From positions 91,638,001 through 91,702,000 of the forward strand of contig NC_087437.1 of NCBI RefSeq assembly GCF_036321535.1: a stretch of DNA of 64,000 bases, given 5' to 3'. Below, one piece after another: positions 27,370-37,700 of the stretch (positions within the stretch are counted from its first letter, which is position 1; every line of letters begins with the position of its first letter). Origin of the DNA: Camelus dromedarius. Lineage: Eukaryota. A program made the position numbers and the translations under genes. The notes under the pieces are model-generated. The model saw nothing but the letters and a program-made list of their open reading frames with translations. It was not told where the DNA came from and searched no databases.

Positions 27370-29330
27370 TAATCCTAGGTGGTTGAGGGAGTGATGGTGA
27401 TGTTTATAGAAACCTGAAAGTTGAAGGGAATAAGGATTGAAACAAATGTTAGAGATGACTGAAATTGTCTTACAATTTTGAGTTTGTGGAACTAGCAAAG
27501 TATTTGGAATGCAATTTCTGGTAGGTAATAGAATTTGAAAGCCTGGAGCTTAGGAGAGATGCTAGGGCTGAAGATTTGAAATTAATCTGCATAGAGTTAT
27601 TATGTAAACCTGGGGTTTTGATGATATGGTTAAGTAAGGTGATTGAGGACTGTGAACTATAACCTAAGTTTTTTCCCCATATTTAAGGTATGAAAACAAG
27701 AATAGCAGCAATAGAAGCAGAGAAAAAGAAGTCATAAAATTCAGGGGAGAACTGGAAATACAGAAAAACAGAAAGTAAAATTTTAAAGAAGAGTGATTTT
27801 TTTTTCCAGTATTATGCTGAAGAAATGTCAGAATGGTAGCATCTGAAACATAACTTTTGGATTCCTTTATCAGGAGGACATCAGTGACTTTTTGGCCAGA
27901 AAATTCAGTTTGCAAAACAATAATTTATCTTAAATAAATATATATTTTTTTATTGAGCAATGACTGTGTGAAAAAGCCTATTGAAACACAATAAGGAAGG
28001 TTAAAAGGAAGATTAAAGACTTTTAAGACGTATTTCCTAACTTCTAAGGGCTTCAAATCTACTGAGAAATGTAAGCATAATAATGCTAAGGTTTATTGAA
28101 CCATACCATATATTAGGTATTGTACTGAGCATATCCTGCATCATGCATCCTCATAACAAGCCTAGGATGTAGGTTTTATATTATCCACACTTTACAGAAA
28201 TAGAAACTTCATAATACCTTCCCCAAAGTCAGAAAGGTAATTAATGATAAGAGGCTCTATTTAAAAATTTATCTCAATTCAACTCTATTCTTTCCATCCC
28301 ACTTAAGAGTTACAGAAACTATAGTGTATGATAGATTGCAATAGGTATTATAATGGAGGCCTCTTCTATATGAAACAATTTGTCTAAGAGAGTTTCTAAG
28401 TGTATTTGGAAAAAAAAATAGTACGTGAGTATTCTGAGTATTTAAGAGGTTAAATATCGTAACCATCTACTGGCTGTCAACCTGGTATGAAACAATGTCC
28501 TACCAAACACAACTATGCATGTGTTATAGAGATGACTTGTAGCCAAGCTAAAAAATAACAGTCTTTTTTTAGACCTTTGTCTATAGAGATAATATTATCT
28601 AATCTAAGTTAATGATATCATTCCTTACAAATTTTGTCTTGGGGCTAACCAATCTCTTTCTAATCCTGTTTCATTAACAGTTGCTATGTAAACTTCAGTG
28701 CTCTGAATTGTAATTTTATTCCACATGAATTGTGAAGTAGAGAAAGCTCATTTATAGTAAGAAAAATGAAGCAGATATTCAGAGAGGAGAAAATGAGAGT
28801 CCTGACTATATGCTCCTTTGAAGTTCCACTCTATTTCTTCATTATGAAGCACTCCAGGTATTTCATTATATGAAACAACTTATAACTTTGAGGAAATTTA
28901 CCCTACCTACTTACATTAATGCCAATGTGTTTGCCACATATAAATTGTCCTAACTACTATAGATTTAGCTGTGAAAAATACTGCAAAGAAAAAACAACAA
29001 TATTTGAAGATTTGTTGGCATTTGAGACTGTGAGAGACAGATAATATTTTGATTTTAGAGATTTTAATCAGGTCAAGGTAGGAGACAATAATGAAATGAA
29101 TAAAATACGAGTATGGAATTGGGAAAGGGATAATGATTTTGGAACCAGTGTGTTGTGTTTGATTTTCTGTTAGACTAAATAAGTGGAAATTTTCAAAAAA
29201 AAAAAAAAACCCTAGATACTAGGTCCAGGAACTTCTGAGCATATCAAGGCTGAAGATAGATTTATATATGTGATTTAATAAATGAGTTATATCTGCATAA
29301 AGAGATAATATAAGAAGGGAAGACAAGAAG
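27370..29330 (-). mobile_element. Antisense L2 fragments interrupted by a MIR (~28080-28300) and an old MLT1J/K-like LTR (~28400-28960)
   Basis: 'gcctggagcttaggagagatgctagggctgaagat' (antisense L2); 'catcctcataacaagcctagg...ctttacagaaatagaaac' (MIR); 'tttgccacatataaattgtcctaactactata' (MLT1-like end). Confidence 0.55.
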
Positions 29331-29369
29331 AGTGAAGAAAAAAGATTAACCAAAATTTAATGTATGATA

Positions 29370-29846
29370 TCTGATTTCTGCAAGGACGAAGTAGGAAGCA
29401 TCAGCTCATACTACAAATAATTATACAACTGGACAGACTACATTAAATAAATTTTTAATATATTAGACAACAAAAAATGAGGATGCTACCCTTGAAATAA
29501 GGGAAACACATAAAGTTAGCTCCACAATTACTATGGCTTTCCACCTATGGTCATTTTTTCAAACCATAATACAGAGAAGTCAGTTTAAAACAGAACAAGA
29601 TAAAACAGGAGAGAGCTGCATTTCTAGACTGCTGATGTATCTGGAATTTGCAGGGAAATGTTAGCTATCTTTACCTTGGTGGTAGTTTCATTGGTGTATA
29701 CATCTATCAAAATTCATCAAACTATACATCTGAAATATTTGTAATTGACAATACAGGAGCCATACCACAATAAAGGTGTTTAAAAAAAAAAAGAAGAAGA
29801 ACAGGAGACCTGCATTAGCTATTAAATGTTTCATTTCTCAGCAAAA

Positions 29847-29881
<35 letters not shown>

Positions 29882-30550
29882 AAGAAATTGGTATAATCAG
29901 TTAAAAAAAAAGCTGAGTATTCAGGAAAATCGAGGTGCTCTATAGACAAAATAAACATAATGCCATTCAGACTGCATTACACTTTTTTTTTTCAGAAGCA
30001 CGTGGAACATTCCATGTAAGTCCGTGGGTCATAAGGAAGTCCAAATAGATTTCAAAGGATTGAAATTATACAGTGAATAATCTCTGACAACAATGAGATT
30101 AAACTGAAGATCAATTACAAAAATATATATAGAACATCTCCATATACTGGAGATTACACAAATTATTTTAAATAACTGAGTTAAAGAGAATTTGCAAAGA
30201 AAGAAAATCACAAATTAATGTTGCACATGGAATAATTATGAAAACACAGAATGTCAAATCCTATAAATTACTCTTTCTCTTCTCTTCTGAAATTGAACAA
30301 TTTAATGTAAAGCAATTGGAAGTTATACATCAAGGTAGGTATCCATGATGGAGACTGTAGGGGGAGTTAGCGTGGCCAAGAGTGTCGTGTTGGAGCACGA
30401 GCAAAGTGAGAAGGGTGACTGTAGAATGGCTGCCTCTCATGGGGTGTCAGAAAATGATCAAGATTAGGTGGGTATCTGAATGATCAAGTAGGTTTAGAAG
30501 AGTGTCTATCATAAATTCATCTTGGTGATTGGTGTCAGAGCCCACAAGGT
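29370..30550 (+). mobile_element. Mosaic of L1M pieces (5'-region, 3' end with A-tail at ~29780, endonuclease region, L1MC-like GC-rich segment)
   Basis: 'ggtgtatacatctatcaaaattcatcaaactatacatc...aataaag' plus poly-A; 'gattgaaattatacagtg...tctgacaacaatgagattaaactgaagatcaa'; 'ggtgtcagagccc'. Confidence 0.6.
29845..29882 (+). repeat. (TAAA)n microsatellite
   Basis: Seen directly. Confidence 0.95.
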
Positions 30551-31689
30551 AGTATTTAATCCTCATTTCAACCCTTGAATTACTTTCTCTGTTTTGTGGT
30601 GAAGAAAGTAAGAACCTGAAAGTTTAAATAGTTTTTCCAAGTTTATACAATTAATAAATGGGGGAGTTGAACTATATGATCAATAAACTATATGTACATT
30701 AACAATACATTAATATTTGTAGAAGATGTCCTAAAATCATTGTTTGCAAAATGAGGGAAAACTTCCTTTTTTGTTGACATCAGAAGAGAAAATGCCATTG
30801 TAATTCAGAAAATATGCATATTTCCATGTCTAGAATTCCTTTTAAAAATGTTTTTAAGAGAAGAAAGGATATTATTAAAATATAAAATGGTAAGTCATCC
30901 AAATAAATCCATGAGGCTGAAACAATGTGTTGGAAGAAATTAAAGAAAAACATTTATTTCAAAGCTTCTGCCAGTTCTTTGTGTTTCTAATGGCAAAGAC
31001 TAAAGGTAGATGACTCTTTTGTTTAATACAATAGATTAACCACCCTTTGGTTATTATAGGAAAGGCATTGTCTGCAATGCAAAGTTTTAGATAAAAAGGA
31101 ACTGGACTACTTTGCATTAAAAATGGTGGGTGCAAGATTATTAAAAACTTACATGATTGTTAGACTTCCTATAGTTAGTTTCAGAATTTTTTTTTAAGGT
31201 TCTGAGACTCAAAAGGGAAGCGAGCTTGGGGATATATTGGGTAAAGAGTCAATCTTGCATCAGAAGAAAGAGACAGGAAGAAAGAAATGTCAAAAAAAAC
31301 CCAAACAAACCAAAAAACCCAAATTACTAAATTTTGATTTCAATAGTCTAATTTTAATAGGCTAACATTGATTTTAATTCATTTTTTATTCTAAAATCGT
31401 TATATTAAACGAGGGTGCCTCCTCCTCACTGCCACCACCATACTCCATCGTCTTTTTCCCCTCCCATATTAAATAAAGCTTTAGTTAATCATTGTCTTTA
31501 CCTGCATTTGTCTTAGTGCTGCACTGGGAAATAAAAAGATGGTCATGTCCTTCTGGAGAAAAAGAATAGAAGCAAGCAGGAAGATGAGAATATGGACACA
31601 GATTACTACAATTTGAATCATGAATATAACTTAGTTTTTTTGAATAAGTAATAAGTAATAAGTAATAATAATAATAATAATATAAAGCT

Positions 31690-33455
31690 TAGGAAAGGCT
31701 TAGAATTTAAAAAAGACAAGAAAGATACAATGAAAAATGTCCTTCCTAATTCTGATTGGTCTTGCCATTATTCTACACAAGGGAACCATTCATATTTTCA
31801 GGTGTATCACCCTAGAGTTTTTCATGTGTATTTAAAGATATACAAAGTTATATATTTCTAATATCCTGCAATTAAAAAATTCCTATGCACACTGTTCTAA
31901 TGTATACTTTTAAAATCTACAGATACAATTTACAGAACATTCTAGAATGGTATAAACAGCTTTTCTCAGAGCTGCATAATATTTGTGTATATATATTATC
32001 ATTTAAATATTAATATTTAAACTATCTCCAATCATTTGCTTTATAAGAAATGATGCAATGAATGATACTATAAACATATCTAAATATACATTTGCAAATA
32101 CTTCAGTTGGATAAACACCCAGAAGTAGAATTGCTGGGTCAAATATGTGCATATTGCTATAATGCTTTTCATAGGGTTTGTACCAGTTTATACTTCTATC
32201 AGCAAAGTATGAGTTGCTCCTTCCCCTTAGCCTTGCCAAGTGTGATCAAAGATAAAAGATACTCAGATTTACCAACCAGATAGATGAAAGAGTATTTTTT
32301 ATGAGAGAGGTTAAGCATCTTTTCACCTGTTTAAATGATCTTAAAAAAATTTTCATCACTGTTTATGTACTTTCCAATTTTTTGTTGTATTTTGGTTACT
32401 AAGATTCTTCATATATTAGAAAGTATAGACCTTAATCTGAGGTATGAGATGCAATTTTTCCCTTGTTTTTTTTTTGTATCATGACTTTGATTATGATGTG
32501 TATGTCTGTGTATGTGTTAATATAGAAGTTTTTTATTAAAATTAATTTCATCAATCTTTTATTTTATCATATATTTAGTTTTATTTTTGAAATCAGTTAG
32601 AAAGGCCTTCTTTTGTCCATGTTTTCAAAGAAATATTTCAATCTTTTATGTATATTTATTGTTTTCTTTTTTAAACTTACATCTTTAAACCAGTTTGCAG
32701 TTTATCTTGGCATATAGTATATTGTATACATCCAAGTTTACTTTTTGTCTATGGCTAGAAAGAATATGTTATGTCTATTCAACGTTCCATCTCCTCTTTT
32801 GAGTTTATAGTAGTATTTTTTTAAGGATTTTTTGTTTATTATTACATATGTCTTTAACATTTCTCTTTAAATATATTCATAAGAATATTACATTTATGAT
32901 TGTGATATTTCCTACATATTGCTCTTTATATGTCTGAAAATAATTATCATGTATACATTGACTTGTTACAGTTTCCTCATAGTTTAATAGTTCTTAGCTT
33001 TTTCCTTTCAGGTACACTGGTGTATTATTTACGTGAATGATATATTTATCTTCTCCCTTCATTTTTTATAACTATTGTTTCCGTCTCTTCTACTATTGCT
33101 TTGGCCAATGCATTTGTTTTGTTTTTAGCTTTAGTAAAAAGTCCAGTGTATTTTTCCATTAAGTAGGATACTCATTTTAGAATTGAGGTAGTGCTGTATT
33201 GTCATATAAAGAATATTTGTGTCCAATCAAATAATTCTGATTAGTGGTTTTCAATTACTTTGAATATATTTTTCAACATCTATGTAGATTATCAGGTGTA
33301 TTTTTATCTGTTTATCTTTTAAAATAATGTGTTCAGCTTGCAAATATTTATGAAGCACATATGATTTATATCAATAGTTTTCCAAATATTTACCTACATT
33401 TGCATTCCTATATAAATATATTTTACTTTGATGTGTTTGTATCATTAATTTACTA
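31690..33455 (-). mobile_element. Decayed L1ME-type element (3'UTR and ORF2)
   Basis: 'ggataaacacccagaagtagaattgctgggtcaaa' and 'ggttaagcatcttttcacctgttta'; ORF 32003-32239 contains 'FDPAILLLGVYP' (L1 ORF2 C-terminal motif). Confidence 0.75.
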
Positions 33456-33459
33456 GCTA

Positions 33460-34400
33460 CAGTAGTCAATAATGATGTTCATCAAATATTTTTGGCTTTC
33501 TTTTTTCTGGACACATTGTATAAATGTACTTTCCTAAACCTTTTGAAATTAGTTATCTTAACAGAGCTTGAGAAATGGGTTTACACATAGATAATTTTAC
33601 TTGGGGAAGTAATTTCAGGGAATAGGAATGAGGAGACTGGGGAGAATAAAACAAAAATGGAGGGAAAGTAAATCTAAAGATAAATTATTGAGCTATTTTT
33701 CCAGTGGAAACTTGAACTCAATGTGTCTGCAAATCCTCTGAGAAATCATACAGCACCAAACATGGCATTGACTATCCTGAAGAAGAGGGTTATTTTAATC
33801 CCCTGGGGTCAGTGATCCAGGAGATATTACATTTTTGCAGGCATGTGTTTTTCATACCCCTGCATGGCTGCATGTTCTCTCCTACAAATTCATTTCAATG
33901 ACTTGGTAGGAAACTTTTATGCAGAAAGATATGTATCATGTCACTAAGCTATGGTTCTGTAAGGCCATACCTATATAATTGGTTTGATACAGCAAAGTCA
34001 AAGCCAGAAGGAGAGCTGAGATGTTTTGAGATGAGACATAAAATTTGTCCAACACTTTAAGTGTGGTCAAGTGACTTTCTTTTGATAATAAAATGAGGGG
34101 AGGTGAAGTATGCCACTTTTAGGTGGAAACATTAACAGCCACTGTACATTTTTTATATTTCATTCCTTCTCTCAATGACTAACAATATTCTCAATGATAA
34201 CTTATTCTATAACTTGGGTTTACTAATGAAACAAACTTGAAAAAAATAACTGTTCCTTGATGATCATGCAGAATAAATTAAAAAAATAAAATTTTGTGTA
34301 GTAAACTATTAAATTTGGAGGATTTATTTATCTATTTTTATTTTTACCTCAAGATTGTTTATTTTAGAAGCATGATCCTACTCTGTTTTTCAGTGTAATC
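33460..34400 (+). mobile_element. MLT1H/I-like MaLR LTR interrupted by an antisense ERVL LTR33/LTR16-like element (~33555-34055)
   Basis: MLT start 'tagtcaataatgatgttcatcaaatattt', resuming at 'gtgtggtcaagtgactttct...aaaatgag'; insert begins 'aacagagcttgagaaatgggttt...tttacttggggaagtaatttcagg'. Confidence 0.6.
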
Positions 34401-34507
34401 ACTTTCTAACAACACGTTTATTACAGTGATGGACAAGATTTCCTTTGCTATGAAGGAAAAATACATATGAAAAATTCAATGGGTAAAAGAGAGGAGAAAT
34501 ATAGAAC

Positions 34508-35087
34508 TGTTAGAGCAGGCAGATAGCTAGATATGAACAGAGAAAGGGGGGCATGGGCCATTTGGCAGAAAACCATACGTTTTGTGAACAATAGGGGTCC
34601 TTGGGCAGACAGAGAAAAGAAGGAACCTCTGGATTGAAAAGAAATCACACATTTTGGGATGATAACTGTCCTGGAGGCAGGCAAAGAAAGGTGGGGAAAG
34701 GAAGGAATCTCCTGTGTCTGAATGTAACCTTTTGCTCATTATGACCTCATTACAATAAAATTAGCCTTGCAGATTAGAAGTCCCCATCATGCACTGACAA
34801 TACGACACTTTCAGACAAAAGAGACAAAAACCCCTCTCCCCTCGGGAGGTGGAGCTGGGATGAAAATCAGGGAATATGATCCCAAATCCTTTCCTCTCCA
34901 GTGAATAGTCTACTCATTCATTTTTTACACCTGCCAAAAAAGCTTAGCAAGGCTGTTCACCTGACTCTGCCTGCTCTCCCCTTGAGAGCATACTATCTAT
35001 AGCTTAATAAAACCTCACTTTACTTTCCTGACCTCTGCGTCTCATCTCTGAATTCTTTCTGGGACAAGAACCTAATTGCTGCCAACA
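34508..35087 (+). mobile_element. ERV1-class solo LTR (580 bp) with 4-bp TSD
   Basis: Termini TGTT...AACA; identical flanks GAAC at 34504-34507 and 35088-35091; AATAAA at 35006-35011 followed by U5-like 'tgaattctttctgggacaagaacc'. Confidence 0.9.
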
Positions 35088-35138
35088 GAACCACTACATG
35101 CTTGAAGAAAGAAGACTTCTGGCCATATCAAAAACTGC

Positions 35139-35322
35139 CATGGTTTAGATTTTACAGTGTGGCCTTGGACCAGTATTATCATCACCTGAAAACTCATTAG
35201 AAATCAAATTCTTAGACCTCATTGAGACCTGGGAATCACAAACTCCGGTGGTGGGGCCCAGCAATCTGGTTTAACAAGCCCTCCAGGTGGTTCTGATGAA
35301 CAGTCAAGTTTGAAAACATCTG
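35139..35322. mobile_element. MER5A (hAT-Charlie non-autonomous DNA transposon)
   Basis: 'catcacctgaaaactcattagaaatcaaattctt...ggtggggcccagcaatctggtttaacaagccctccaggtggttctgatg...aagtttgaaaacatctg' matches the MER5A consensus. Confidence 0.9.
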
Positions 35323-35356
35323 TGACTCTCCCATTTTATAAAAGCTCAACCCTCAG

Positions 35357-35427
35357 ACGCCAGAGATAATGCTGCAGATGCACCGAAACGGCTGGATTTT
35401 GCTGTTCCAAGAGGTTACTTCCAGACA
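35357..35427 (+). other. Candidate exon A (unverified)
   Basis: Strong donor ACA|GTAAGT at 35428; possible acceptors at 35344 and 35356; ATG at 35369 with A at -3; several retained CpGs. Confidence 0.3.
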
Positions 35428-35921
35428 GTAAGTCTGTGATTCTAAGATTCTACCTCATTGTGTATATTTTTCCTTGCGTTTCTGTGTCAATTTAACTCTT
35501 ACTTCCCATGGATATCAAACATTGGTTTAGTTTTCAGAACGCAGCCCTGCCAAACAAACAAAACGAAACCAAACAACTTCCAGCGGTAATACCAACCTGG
35601 GGCTTTAGTTTTAAAGTTTAAATACTGTGAGTATTTAGTGAGTTTCATCACTGAAAAATGAATGTTCATGTGACTGTTGCTGAAAAATAGTTAAAGACAG
35701 TTTAGGTGATACGAACTTATTTACCACTTCATGAAGTAGACAGAGACCTCTGGGAGAACTGCAAAATGGGGCAGAAAGCAGGATGCTTTCGTGGGATAAG
35801 GAACAAGAAAGAGAAAAACAAAGTATCTGAGTGGCTAGGGCCACACAGTCAACCTTGTTTGGGGTGAAAAGAATCAGAAAAGAAGTGCAGAGCCTAGAAT
35901 TGGATGGCATTTGTTCTTTAG

Positions 35922-36048
35922 GTACTATCAACTTCTGGTAGTCTTGGGTTTCTCTGGTCTCATCACTATGGCGGCAGTATTGCGGACTGGTGAATTTAAA
36001 AAAACGCAGCATAGTTTATCCTTTCCTATTCACTCATACTGTACTTAA
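35922..36048 (+). other. Candidate exon B (unverified); may end at a weak donor at 35990
   Basis: Acceptor 'atttgttctttag|G'; frame continues from exon A into a hydrophobic stretch; stop TAA at 36046-36048. Confidence 0.22.
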
Positions 36049-36083
36049 GATTTTTCTGAACATACTAATGAGTGAATTTGTTC

Positions 36084-36120
36084 TGTGTGTGTGTATGTGT
36101 GTGTGTGTGCGCGAGTGTGA
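36084..36120 (+). repeat. (TG)n microsatellite grading into CG/GA
   Basis: Seen directly. Confidence 0.9.
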
Positions 36121-36499
36121 GAGCAAGGCACGTGCGAGCAAGACAGAAAACTAGAGAGAGCAGTATCAAGGTTGGGATTCAGGGAGGGGGTGGAGGAAAC
36201 AAGATGGAGTTTTTTTATTTACAACGTTCTTCTTTTTCTCATACTGTAAATCAATTAGATTTATCTTTAATCACTTGGTAGTATTAATGTGCAAAAACAT
36301 CTAAATCTGCTGTTGCTTTAATTTAATCTTTGACAGATTCTGTATTCCATCCATAGAAAGTTCTTTGGAGTCGGTTTCTCTGTTTTGAAATCTGCTTAGT
36401 ATTTTCCTAGAACATGATATTTTAGGTTTCCAAAGTTTTTTCAGAGCATTAGAAATGTTAACTGCATTAGAAATGAGTGAGTAAGTCTCATAATTCTGT

Positions 36500-37235
36500 T
36501 CTTTGCCTATTTAAACTTACCATTTTTATTTGCATTTTTGCATTTTACCATTAATTTATTTTATGAAATAATTTACCATTTAAAGATTTTTAAAAAGTCA
36601 AATTTTTGGAATTCTTTCTTTTTCTTTTTGAATTCTTCATTTAGATTTCTAGTGTTTTCTAGATAACATAATTTATAATTTTCCTCTTACTGACTATATG
36701 TTTGATTTTCCTACTGTTTATTTTGATTTTCCTCAACTTTAATTAGGTGCTTAATTTAGTTGTTGTAGTTCATTCTTTTATAAATCCAGATATTAATCCT
36801 ATCACTTTTTTTCTGTTTACCTCTGAGAAGCACTTTATCTTATCACATAGTTTTTGGTACATACTGTTTCTGTTTGTGATTTGTAACATCAACTCCTTTT
36901 ATCTTTGATATAGGGAGTTTTTAGCAATACTTTTTAGTTAGCAGAAGTTAAAGCCTTTTTTATTTTTCGAATTCAAGTTTCACTGAAATGGAAGCGTGTA
37001 ATAATGTCTATATCTCACCTATGTTTATAAAATTTCTGAATATGGTAGGATTAGCTTTATGGCATAGTTTATACAATTATTGTAATAGTCTGGCAACACT
37101 TAAAAAGATGATGCATTAACTATTTTAAAAAGACAGAAATTCAAAGAAATCTGAATTAATAATTTTAAGTCTTCTGTATATTTAAATATTTCTCATTGAT
37201 TTGTTCAGTTAAGTATAGAGAAAGGAAAACTAAAA
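36500..37235 (-). mobile_element. Ancient L1 ORF2 fragment (host of the later insertions; continues after 44364)
   Basis: T-rich; 'cactttatcttatcacatagtttttggtacatactgttt' and 'agagaaaggaaaactaaaatctc'. Confidence 0.55.
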
Positions 37236-37239
37236 TCTC

Positions 37240-37700
37240 ATATTTACCCCAAAATGGAAACAGCCCAAATTTCCACCATCTGATGGATGGACAAATAAAA
37301 TGTGGTACTTCCAAATAGGGATATATTACTCAGCAACTAAAATATGAATTATGGATTATGCTACTACATGGATAAATCTTGAAAAACTCTTAAGTGAAAG
37401 AAATCAATTAAAAAAGACCACATACTGTGTGATTTCATTTATGAAAAATGTCAAGAATAAGCAACTTCATAGAGACAGAAATTAGAGTAGTAATTTCCCG
37501 AGTCATTTCCCTAGAGTGAGGAGAGAGGAGTGACTACTAATGGGTGCAGAGTTTCTTTTGGGGGTAATATAAATGTTAAAAAATTGAATATGGTGATGAC
37601 TACATAACTTTGTGAATATGCAAAAAGCCATTGATCTTCATAATTTAAGTCCACTGTACAGTATGTCAAGTATATCTCAATGAAAGTGGTAAGAAAAATA
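37240..37700 (+). mobile_element. L1MB-type 3' end
   Basis: 'aaatggaaacagcccaaat...acatggataaatcttgaaaa...agagacagaaattagagtag...ctaatgggtgcagagtttcttttggggg...tatatctcaatgaaag'. Confidence 0.85.

Noticed and set aside
35635..36012. Longest ORF in the track (125 aa, minus strand)
   Set aside because: No recognisable domain, and low-complexity S/L/F content from GA-rich DNA. The splice signals in this region favour the plus strand.
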